DNA of 42,873 nucleotides from a virus (Duplodnaviria > Heunggongvirae > Uroviricota > Caudoviricetes): the IMG/VR virus record IMGVR_UViG_2897369580_000001. One strand, written 5' to 3'. This document shows positions 20,171 to 28,352 of this stretch, in pieces (the first letter of the stretch is position 1; the number at the start of each line of letters is the position of its first letter). Both the position numbers and the translations under genes were made by a program. A model generated the notes under the pieces. That model worked only from the letters and a program-made list of their open reading frames with translations, was not told the DNA's origin and made no database searches.

Positions 20171-20650
20171 CTACGCTTCTGAGATAGATTTCTCAGCATT
20201 CACCAATGGAAGTGATTGTGGAACATCCGTTTGACCTGCTGGCCAGCGGTAGCCTGTTACGCGGGAACGAGGAAAAGCTTTGATATTTACTTCATCTGCC
20301 TGGTTGCCCCCCAAAATCATTAAATCCCCGGCGGCATTTTTCCCGACAACAAAGCCGACGTGACCACCGCCAGACCGAGACAGAATAGCAATGCATCCAT
20401 AGGCGGGTTCCTTCAGTTCATTACCCCAATCGAGATAAGAATTCGCAGACTCAAAACGCGTTGAGCGAATACCCGCACGTTCCAGCATTGCCCCGGTGAA
20501 AGCAGCGCACCACGGTGTTTCGTCATCCTTAATGCCGCCGCGTTTGATATCTTTCCAGTACTGCACAATTTCTGCAGCATGTTGCTTCCCTTTCATTTCC
20601 CGAATGCCGAGGTTTTTTCGAGCCTCGATTAGCCATTTAGGATCCGTCAT
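20171..20650 (-). CDS. Putative endolysin (TIGR02594-like Cys-His peptidoglycan hydrolase)
   Basis: 159 aa; motifs ...PWCAAFTG... and ...GGHVGFVVG...; follows two membrane-protein genes. Confidence 0.6.
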   Translation of the reverse strand: MTDPKWLIEARKNLGIREMKGKQHAAEIVQYWKDIKRGGIKDDETPWCAAFTGAMLERAGIRSTRFESANSYLDWGNELKEPAYGCIAILSRSGGGHVGFVVGKNAAGDLMILGGNQADEVNIKAFPRSRVTGYRWPAGQTDVPQSLPLVNAEKSISEA

Positions 20651-20922
20651 TACCTGTCTCCTGTTATTTTTGAAATATTCCCTCGTGCCCGCCAGACAGC
20701 AATACAGATGGTGAGGTTGAGAAAGAACTCTGCGGGATCAACCTGCGTATATTTCCCGTAAAAAATTCGTAGGGCTATCCACGCAGCAGACAGAATCGCG
20801 AGGTAAGCAGTTAGTGAGATGAAAAAACGATAGCGGCCTGTTTTTTGAAAAAACATCAACCGTAGTGCCAACATCAGACAAATAATTGCATTGGCATTGA
20901 TGAGGACAGAGTGCAGGGTCAT
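20650..20922 (-). CDS. Small membrane protein (holin/antiholin candidate)
   Basis: 90 aa with about three hydrophobic helices; between holin and endolysin. Confidence 0.45.
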   Translation of the reverse strand: MTLHSVLINANAIICLMLALRLMFFQKTGRYRFFISLTAYLAILSAAWIALRIFYGKYTQVDPAEFFLNLTICIAVWRARGNISKITGDR

Positions 20923-21305
20923 TATTTCATCCCCTTATCTGATTTCCATAAACGAGCTTGTGACATGATCCGCAACAGTGATGTAACGCTGATTACTGAT
21001 GCAACCAGTGCACCAATGGCGGGAGAGACTTTTACTGTTACGGGAGGGTTCAGGTGACTCAGCACCGCGTTCAGAATACCGGTAATGATGGCTGACGCTG
21101 TCTCAGCGCAATACACACCGCCAACAAACGAAATGAGTGCGAAAATAACCTGCTTCCAGAATCGATGCTGCCCGGACGACAACACATAGAGAGCTGCGCC
21201 TGCCAGCGCACAGATCATCACTGCAGGTGTTGCCTCAGGAAATAACGCAGCAAACGTCACCCCCGCCGAGCCAGCAGCAACGCCAGCGGTTAGAGGTTCA
21301 GACAT
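20922..21305 (-). CDS. Putative holin
   Basis: Likely ATG at 21305 preceded by AGGAAA; three hydrophobic segments and charged C-terminus; first gene after Q and the tR'-like hairpin. Confidence 0.55.
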   Translation of the reverse strand: MSEPLTAGVAAGSAGVTFAALFPEATPAVMICALAGAALYVLSSGQHRFWKQVIFALISFVGGVYCAETASAIITGILNAVLSHLNPPVTVKVSPAIGALVASVISVTSLLRIMSQARLWKSDKGMK

Positions 21306-21319
21306 GATTTTTCCTGATT

Positions 21320-21350
21320 CAGAAACGACAAAACCCCGCCGTGGCGAGGT
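21320..21350 (-). terminator. tR'-like intrinsic terminator between Q and lysis genes
   Basis: Minus strand CCUCGC-cacg-GCGGGG followed by UUUUGUCGUUUC. Confidence 0.45.
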
Positions 21351-21417
21351 TCTTAGAAATTTGGCAACATACCAAATTAGCGTCAAATATGGCCTATTTT
21401 GTTCGTTTTTGCAAGCA

Positions 21418-22089
21418 TTATACGCAAACGTCGTCTAAATGGTTCTGATAATGATGCAAAGTTGCAAGAAGTGCCACTTCATCAAGTGCTCTCACCGCCT
21501 CTTTCATTCCTACCCAGTGCAGGGAGTATGTTTCGCACCAGGTGGAACGAGAAACCGACAGCATTCCTGCTAGGGTAGATCCGGCCATCTCCTTAAAATC
21601 CTCGCGTTTATTTGCTGCTGCGACCGCCTGCACGGACAACCACACCAACGAAAGCAGGCGCTTAACTACTTTTCTCTGAGTTGACGCGGGGATGTTTCCT
21701 TTATAGCGACTCCAGACAGCCTCACAAATAGCTGTTTGGTGTTTGAATGCCAGGTTACCACCGTAGCAATAACGCAACCACGCTTGCTGACTTGCATCCA
21801 GCGAGTTCACAGAACGCCGCCAGGATGAATCAGCAAATTCAAAATCACTCATCGGCGGCGCGGGGCGACGTCTGCTGAAACTTTCCAGAGCGTAAACTGG
21901 CGTAACCAGAGCATCAACGGTCCGGTCCTCCAGCTGCACACGGTGAATATGTTTGCGTGGGTATGCGTTTTTGTCTGCCGGTGGGTGCTCACACAATGCT
22001 TCCAGTTGCCCCTTAGAACCACCAGACAAATCCCGCAATGCAGCGCGCAGTTTTATGCGGGTATATTCCAATAAATACTCGTTACTCAT
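21418..22089 (-). CDS. Late-gene antitermination protein Q (putative)
   Basis: 223 aa; immediately upstream of late promoter-terminator region and lysis cassette; downstream of nin-like genes. Confidence 0.5.
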   Translation of the reverse strand: MSNEYLLEYTRIKLRAALRDLSGGSKGQLEALCEHPPADKNAYPRKHIHRVQLEDRTVDALVTPVYALESFSRRRPAPPMSDFEFADSSWRRSVNSLDASQQAWLRYCYGGNLAFKHQTAICEAVWSRYKGNIPASTQRKVVKRLLSLVWLSVQAVAAANKREDFKEMAGSTLAGMLSVSRSTWCETYSLHWVGMKEAVRALDEVALLATLHHYQNHLDDVCV

Positions 22090-22382
22090 CAGATAAACTC
22101 CTCATCGCGCCAGATAGCCAGTGTTCTGAAAACTCCCTCAGCGTGCATCAACAACAATGAGTCGTGCTCGTAATCCGTTTTTGTACGTCCGTCGATGGCA
22201 TCGTGACACGCACTGCAGGCGATAGCGCCCTGCATATCGTGAGGTTTGATGGCTGTGCCGCACGTTCCGGCGAGACGATAATGAGCCAGTACGCTGGTTT
22301 CAGGATTGTGATTGCACACACCGGGGATACGCACAGTACAAGCGCGACTGCGTGCAGCTTTTCTCAGGTCGATTTTTTTCAT
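22089..22382 (-). CDS. DUF1364 family protein (YbcO-like, Cys-rich putative nuclease)
   Basis: 97 aa; ...LRKAARSRACTVRIPGVCNHNPETSVLAHYRL...ACSACHD... resembles DLP12 YbcO. Confidence 0.6.
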   Translation of the reverse strand: MKKIDLRKAARSRACTVRIPGVCNHNPETSVLAHYRLAGTCGTAIKPHDMQGAIACSACHDAIDGRTKTDYEHDSLLLMHAEGVFRTLAIWRDEEFI

Positions 22383-22975
22383 GATGTGTAATCCAGCAGC
22401 TGCGCGGCGGCATTTTCAGCGGCCTCCTGAGAGGCAAATGTGCGGAACAAAATATAATTCCACAGCACATCTAAAACGGCTGAATACAGTTGACCGAACT
22501 CAAGATCGTCCATCGCTGCAAACGAGATTGAACGAGGTACGCGCATCAAACTGCCGTCTGGCATCTGATGAACGTCATAAAACCCAGCTTCCATAATCGC
22601 CCATGCGCGAAACGCCTCGAACGACTTCACCGCACTGATACTCCCCGCGCGCTTTTCCGACTCATCGAGAAGATACTGATCAGCCAGCTCTGCCATGACA
22701 TCACCGTGTCCACCGTAATACGCCAGTAACTTAACGTAGCCGTGAACCAGTTCGCGCTCCGCAGGAGAAATAGCCCCTCCGGACGGATGCCAGTAATCAA
22801 AGCCCAGGTTGAGAAGTGAGAAAAATTTACGATGAAACGCGGGATTACGCGCCTGTTTGAAATCTGCATACACAACAGCACCTGGTTTGACTCGTTCAGT
22901 CAACCAGCGTTGCGTGTCTGGTGTCGCGGGTATTAGCGAACCGCCGGATACCCTGATAAATGAATGCTGCGCCAT
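22379..22975 (-). CDS. DUF1367 family protein (YbcN-like), nin-region protein
   Basis: 198 aa; position upstream of the YbcO-like gene as in DLP12; family call from memory. Confidence 0.45.
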   Translation of the reverse strand: MAQHSFIRVSGGSLIPATPDTQRWLTERVKPGAVVYADFKQARNPAFHRKFFSLLNLGFDYWHPSGGAISPAERELVHGYVKLLAYYGGHGDVMAELADQYLLDESEKRAGSISAVKSFEAFRAWAIMEAGFYDVHQMPDGSLMRVPRSISFAAMDDLEFGQLYSAVLDVLWNYILFRTFASQEAAENAAAQLLDYTS

Positions 22976-23052
22976 GGTTAACTCCAGGTGGCGCGGCAGT
23001 GTTCAGAAAATGATGCCGGGTGTTCAATCCAGCACCGATATTATACCGTGTT

Positions 23053-23232
23053 TTACGCGTCAGGGGGTGTAATAGTATATCCAGCTATTTCTGCCAACTC
23101 GAGAAACGCCATCAGGCTGGCAATCCGCTCATCATCGGTCAGAACACGCACACCAACGATGTGTCCGTCCTTACGCTTGATAACAGCCCGGCATGTTTCC
23201 GGTAGTTCGCCTATAGATTCTTGAATATTCAT
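23053..23232 (-). CDS. Small protein under a LexA-box promoter (SOS-inducible; antirepressor candidate)
   Basis: 59 aa from ATG at 23232 with GGGGGGAAG RBS; promoter and LexA box directly upstream. Confidence 0.5.
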   Translation of the reverse strand: MNIQESIGELPETCRAVIKRKDGHIVGVRVLTDDERIASLMAFLELAEIAGYTITPPDA

Positions 23233-23254
23233 GTCTTCCCCCCAATGCCACAAC

Positions 23255-23270
23255 CTGTATATTTATACAG
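23255..23270. promoter_or_regulatory. LexA (SOS) box overlapping a sigma70-like promoter
   Basis: CTGTATATTTATACAG fits CTGT-N8-ACAG with AT-rich spacer; on minus strand -35 ATGACA, 17-nt spacer, -10 TATAAA inside the box. Confidence 0.7.
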
Positions 23271-23383
23271 TATTTTATGGCATTTGTCATAACGCCAAAT
23301 ACAATGAGGGAATAATGAACAATTATATTCACGTCGTGAATTTTATTAAACGGTTTTATAGGGGATTAAACCGTTTATGGTCA

Positions 23384-24025
23384 TTATTTATCACTCCTGT
23401 AAATTGGAATTAACCATTTTCTAATCGTCGACGCTGCAGGTGGGTCAGAGTATTTCGCCACAAAAATACCGGATATGTATTGCACGCCACGCGATAATGG
23501 CGCTGTCGGGTTTTCAGTAAAAAAACGATCAGCCAGTTCAATGGCTTCGCTTTTTAATCTGTGCTGTGGTCGTCCTCCGCCCTTTGTTCCCAGGTATCGC
23601 GCCAGTTGTTTGAAACGGTAGGCGATGATTAACGGTCGCATCATCATATTGAAAAAATCGCGGGCATCGTTGTCAGCGCCTTGCGCTATCAACAGTGCAA
23701 AAAACAGATACGGGATTATGTACACTTCAGGAGATATACGAACCCGTTCACAAGTTGGTGGAGCCAACTCAATAAGTAAGTCAGCCAGCGGATTCCCCTT
23801 TTCTCCACGTTTGTAATAGCGATACAGCGGCCCGATATCAAGTTCACTCACGTCGATTTCAGGATGCCCGGCAACGACTGTACGTATCTCTTCTGCCAGA
23901 GCGTCAAATATTGCCCCGGTCCGTTCAAGATAGAGCCTCCGGGTCGAACCGCGATCATCCAACGCCCGTAACATATCTAACCGGCTAACGAAAGTTTCAG
24001 GCCAGTCCTCATAGAAGGTTTTCAT
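23384..24025 (-). CDS. Hypothetical protein (accessory gene)
   Basis: ATG at 24025 with GAGGT RBS; 213 aa; no family recognised. Confidence 0.55.
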   Translation of the reverse strand: MKTFYEDWPETFVSRLDMLRALDDRGSTRRLYLERTGAIFDALAEEIRTVVAGHPEIDVSELDIGPLYRYYKRGEKGNPLADLLIELAPPTCERVRISPEVYIIPYLFFALLIAQGADNDARDFFNMMMRPLIIAYRFKQLARYLGTKGGGRPQHRLKSEAIELADRFFTENPTAPLSRGVQYISGIFVAKYSDPPAASTIRKWLIPIYRSDK

Positions 24026-24268
24026 AATTACCTCGAATAATAAAAACTGCACTATTTGCACAATTTATTATTCGTTTTCACGCCGCTGAGTTCTATAAAA
24101 AAGAAAAAACCTCCGAGGCAGGGTTTTGTTATGGCTCGTTAAATCATCATCCAACTTTTTAGACTGAACGGTGATACTTGCAAATATTTGAAAATATGGG
24201 CTGGAACCCTATCTTATGATGTGCCTGGTAATTTATATTGTTGGGTCTTTATATCATGAGGAATCACT

Positions 24269-24502
24269 ATGGGTACGTTAGGCAACCAGCCGTGCAGAAG
24301 TCGTTATGAGTTCGATGATTTTAATTTAGCCAATCGAGCTGCGGCTCTTACTAAGTTAGCAAAAGAAACTGGTGTATCGGTGGATACCTTAATCAAACTT
24401 GAAATTGCTATGCAACTGAATCGGCTCAACTCCATCCTTATCGAAAACGGTGACAAGATGGACGAGAATCTGGCAGGTATTGGCGAGATACTGCAGAAGT
24501 GA
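24269..24502 (+). CDS. Small putative HTH DNA-binding protein
   Basis: 77 aa; GAGGAA RBS; helix-turn-helix-like AALTKLAKETGVSVDTLIKLE; followed by terminator hairpin. Confidence 0.5.
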   Translation: MGTLGNQPCRSRYEFDDFNLANRAAALTKLAKETGVSVDTLIKLEIAMQLNRLNSILIENGDKMDENLAGIGEILQK

Positions 24503-24508
24503 GAGTAG

Positions 24509-24524
24509 CCCCTCTTCTGAGGGG
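24509..24524 (+). terminator. Intrinsic terminator-like hairpin
   Basis: CCCCTC-ttct-GAGGGG perfect stem, then TTGCACATTT. Confidence 0.45.
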
Positions 24525-24802
24525 TTGCACATTTAAAATATTAAGGGCGGTCTTCTTCACGTACACAGTCACCTGGTCGAATCGTTCACGCATACTGAGT
24601 ACAAAAAATCTCAACGATAAGATCAGGTTAGACCTGTATTTTCCAGAAACATATAGACGCCTAAAAAAACACTAAACTCATGATTATCATGTATGTTTTT
24701 ACTGGAAACATTGAACCATCCACAATACAGCGTAAAAAGCAAGCAATTCACAAGATTTTAAAGTGATTTATCTGGAAGACTTTACTACTAACAGTTAATA
24801 TC

Positions 24803-24845
24803 GTACCAGAAGTGCAGAATTTGCACTTTTACAGGAATGTGGTAC
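24803..24845. promoter_or_regulatory. Nested palindromes (operator candidate) upstream of ImmA-like gene
   Basis: GTACCA...AGTGCA-gaattt-TGCACT...TGGTAC about 60-100 bp upstream of the ATG at 24901. Confidence 0.4.
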
Positions 24846-24900
24846 GGAACATGCTGTCTATATTTCAACCAATAATCGTAATGCAGTAACTGGAGGAGCT

Positions 24901-25389
24901 ATGGCTACCAACCCAAGAGAGCACGCCCGGCGAGTGCTGGACACGTTCTGGTGCGGGCGTGGTTTCCCTGTTGATCCAGCGAAAATTGCTCACGACATGG
25001 GATTAGATGTTTTTATTACCGATCTTCCTGGGAAAGTTTCTGGCGCACTGATTAAACAAAAAGATCAAGATCCAGCGATCTTTCTAAACAGTGATGACAA
25101 CAAAGTTCGTCAACGTTTTTCATGTGGGCATGAGTTGGGGCATTACATCGCCCGGCAAGCATCGCATAGCGATGAATATGAGTACGTTGATTTACGTGGC
25201 GAAACCGCAAGCGCCGGAACGCATCCTGATGAAATTTTTGCAAACAAGTTCGCAGCAGAACTTCTGATGCCGGTAGATGAGGTCAGAAAACTGCACGCTG
25301 ACGGTCAACCAAGTTATATAATGGCGCATTATTTTGGCGTATCTGACGATGCGATGACTTATCGTTTAAAGAACTTGAGGTTGGGGTAA
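24901..25389 (+). CDS. ImmA/IrrE family metallo-endopeptidase (DUF955/COG2856-like)
   Basis: 162 aa; GGAGGAG RBS; HEXXH in ...SCGHELGHYIARQ... typical of ImmA/IrrE zinc peptidases. Confidence 0.8.
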   Translation: MATNPREHARRVLDTFWCGRGFPVDPAKIAHDMGLDVFITDLPGKVSGALIKQKDQDPAIFLNSDDNKVRQRFSCGHELGHYIARQASHSDEYEYVDLRGETASAGTHPDEIFANKFAAELLMPVDEVRKLHADGQPSYIMAHYFGVSDDAMTYRLKNLRLG

Positions 25390-25398
25390 CGCTTTAAA

Positions 25399-26004
25399 AT
25401 GCCATCGGATGACGATTTTAACAGCCGTTTCAAACAGGAAGTAGCACGCAGACTGAAGGATTCCCTCAACCTACACCGTCAGTTAGCAGAAGAGGTTGAG
25501 CCGGAGGACGATGAAACTCCGGTTCAGTCTCCTGACGAAGCTTCACCTCAGCCAAAGGTTTCGCACGCCCCCAAAAAAACGGCTGTCCGTATTCGCGGAA
25601 TAGCCAGAAAAAGAGCTGCCGAAGCTCGCAAAATGGCTGTAGCTGCGTCTAGCAAAAGAATTCCAACTGCTACACCCTCTCAACAAGTCACCCGTACTGA
25701 GAGTAAAATCTTGACCGAGTTCACATCTGTGAAACAGGTGAATTCACTTGATACCGAGCATGAGCGCAAACAACTCAACAACAAAGATTTTGAAGCAGAA
25801 ATCGCTCTAAAAAAACGATACGGGAAATGGTTCCTGATTATCCTTGCTTTCCAACTTCTGATAATGAATGGTGTATTTATTGCCGACGGCGCAGGTAAGC
25901 TGGAATTTGAGGATTTAACACTACAGTTGTACATGGGCGGTACTTTGACAGAGGTATTCGGCCTCGTGCTGGTCGTGACAAAATACCTTTTTAAACGCAA
26001 GTAA
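25399..26004 (+). CDS. Membrane protein with charged N-terminal region and two C-terminal TM helices (putative effector)
   Basis: 201 aa; starts 9 bp after peptidase stop; C-terminal hydrophobic helices; last 72 bp duplicated at 29355..29426. Confidence 0.65.
   Translation: MPSDDDFNSRFKQEVARRLKDSLNLHRQLAEEVEPEDDETPVQSPDEASPQPKVSHAPKKTAVRIRGIARKRAAEARKMAVAASSKRIPTATPSQQVTRTESKILTEFTSVKQVNSLDTEHERKQLNNKDFEAEIALKKRYGKWFLIILAFQLLIMNGVFIADGAGKLEFEDLTLQLYMGGTLTEVFGLVLVVTKYLFKRK
25933..26004 (+). repeat. Direct repeat copy 1 (3' end of membrane-protein gene)
   Basis: 72 bp, about 90% identical to 29355..29426; encodes MGGTLTEVFGLVLVVTKYLFKRK*. Confidence 0.9.
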
Positions 26005-26028
26005 CTCTCTCGGTCCAACAGTCTTTCG

Positions 26029-26050
26029 AAGGCCCTGATCAAAGGGCCTT
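26029..26050 (+). terminator. Terminator-like hairpin after membrane-protein gene
   Basis: AAGGCCCT-gatcaa-AGGGCCTT. Confidence 0.45.
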
Positions 26051-26248
26051 GATAAATTAGCAGTGCGTTGAAAACAGATAGTTATTCCCATCAGTTCCAA
26101 CGTAATACACATCAAAAAAATCACCATTCTTTTGCTCTAACGTCAACACCTACCCTTAAAAAAATAATTCTCCAAGAATGAGAAAGTTATTGTGTGTATT
26201 AGATAAGATATGAGCTGACACATCTATGGCGTGGAGCCAAATTTAATA

Positions 26249-26282
26249 TGACAGTCCGCTCTGTGCCATAAGCGGACTGTCA
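26249..26282. terminator. Perfect 12-bp inverted repeat hairpin between convergent genes
   Basis: TGACAGTCCGCT-ctgtgccata-AGCGGACTGTCA. Confidence 0.5.
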
Positions 26283-26466
26283 ATAAACAGATTCACTTGT
26301 AAATCTTGAAGCTATACATATTTACTTTCAATGATAAATAAAAGAACTATCCAAAAATCACTGAGAGCATATTTTAACTAACCCTCCGCTACTATTAACA
26401 TAAATTTCACCCAACCATAATTAAATTGATACATATAGCAACTTACCTTGATACGAATCATCTGGG

Positions 26467-27165
26467 TTATATTTTTCCATATTTTTTTCCGTCAAATCGA
26501 ATCATGCCAGGATCAAGAAAATTAATTAAATCGATTAACGCGTGCTGTATTCTGATTAGCCTTTCTTTATAAATTCCGATATCTCTTGTCATATTTATCA
26601 CTTCATTGTTTAAATCTAAAAAAAATGGCTCATTGATAAAGCAATTTTCCTTTGTGAAACTGCCGTAACCTATGCAATCAAATCCAGTATCTGTTGATAT
26701 CAGCATCTTTTCTGCAATAGCTCTCTGCTCTCCTATGAAAAACATAAAATACTGACCAAAGACGTCTGTTTGGATTAATGAGTTAATATTGTTCTGTAAT
26801 CTAATAAACTCCCTCATTTTTTTATTTTTTTCTAGGCTAAGGTATTGAATGTCTATGCGGGCAGCTTCTGTCCATGCAAAAAACTGGGAAAAAAGAAAAA
26901 CAGTATTGTTGATAACATAATCTTGTTGGCGCTTATTCCCATTATGATAAAACTCTTCAATGAACCCCAATTCTAATATATTATAAATACGGCTTTGTAA
27001 GTCTGAAGCTGAGCGAATTAACGGTTCAATATAGTACTGATGTTTTCTCCTTACATCCAGTGATTCATTGAGCTTGTTTATTCTATTCTGATTATAAGTA
27101 GATATAGCAATAGAGATTATAGCTATTGCACCACTAATAAAGCTTGAAATTAATGCCGTACCCAT
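26467..27165 (-). CDS. AT-rich membrane-anchored protein of unknown function (defense/exclusion candidate)
   Basis: 232 aa; N-terminal TM helix ALISSFISGAIAIISIAISTY; Asn/Ile/Lys-rich; sits in visibly AT-rich cassette. Confidence 0.6.
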   Translation of the reverse strand: MGTALISSFISGAIAIISIAISTYNQNRINKLNESLDVRRKHQYYIEPLIRSASDLQSRIYNILELGFIEEFYHNGNKRQQDYVINNTVFLFSQFFAWTEAARIDIQYLSLEKNKKMREFIRLQNNINSLIQTDVFGQYFMFFIGEQRAIAEKMLISTDTGFDCIGYGSFTKENCFINEPFFLDLNNEVINMTRDIGIYKERLIRIQHALIDLINFLDPGMIRFDGKKYGKI

Positions 27166-28352
27166 CTAAAAGTCCTTTGATTCTTGCTTGGTTAACAAAA
27201 TGACATAATTTTATTTAATGCCATAACAACTTAACAATATATCATAATATGATTATTATGGTGTAGCTTGTCGCATCTACGCTCCATTACAAACAGATGT
27301 AAGATATAACCTATATGTTTTAGCCAGCAAATTCGAAAGCATTCAAAGTAGTCTCATCGAACTCTCGAAACCCTATGTCTTCGGGTATAAAATATTTAAA
27401 TCCATTTGCATAATATCGACTCATGTTTATTATATTCTCCCCATTCACCATTAAGATTTGACATTATTTTCAACAATCGGTTATTGCAAGATTGAAATAT
27501 ATTTTTACTTGACACAATATTCCATGTAGCCCAGCGATTCGACTTACCCCCAACTATACGGACAATCTAAATTAAATCGATGATTTTTTGATACATTCTC
27601 CTCTCTCCATTACTTTATGTTTTTGTTCCCCAAAAATACCTTGCTCTCTAAAAAATAATTGTTCTTTAAGTTCAAAATCGAGATCTACATGAGCGTTAGA
27701 TACAAAGCTAATATGTTGAAATGTCTTTCCCCCCCCATAACGGCATTGTTATCTAAACTATGTTACACAAATATAATATTACCCTTTCAACGTAATCCAA
27801 GAATAAGATTAATGCCATTATATATATCATAAATATGATATTTTGTATATTTTTATCATTTAGCCTTGATTGTACTAGGTGTACTCTCAACGAAGTAGGG
27901 AAAGTCTGTTCCTCGCTCACAGCTGCCCTTCAGTAAGCGAAAAAATGCCTACTCGGTGCCATATACAGCCATTGTTATTAACAGCAGGGAATAATTCAAA
28001 ACTGAAATTAAATATCTACCTTTTACAGTAGAAATAGTTCCTCCAGGACACTATCCATTGCCGGGCACAATCACTCGGGGTATAACGATATAAAATATGT
28101 TCATGATAGTGCAGGTTCGTATATTAAGTTCAGCAGCGAAAACATGCCTTACAGGTTTCCGGTTTTGGGAGCGTCGTTACAGGATCCTGCGCATACCGTT
28201 CCCATCTGTTGAATTAAAGGTTTCACAGCCTTTGCCGATATCACCTTTTACCTTACCTGTGATGCGTTCAGTGCTCAGCGTTGTTTACTGTAGCTCTCGG
28301 GACTGATTACAGACCGCGTCTTAAAAACCAATCCTTACTCTAAAGGGAATTC

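Noticed and set aside
20171-20650. Embedded Rz1-like out-of-frame lipoprotein gene within the lysis genes
   Set aside because: No lipobox-containing proline-rich ORF found in alternative frames; the only lipoprotein is the separate downstream 64-aa gene
28097-28306. 69-aa plus-strand ORF upstream of the DUF1311 lipoprotein gene
   Set aside because: No RBS, low-complexity translation; probably promoter/leader DNA for the lipoprotein gene
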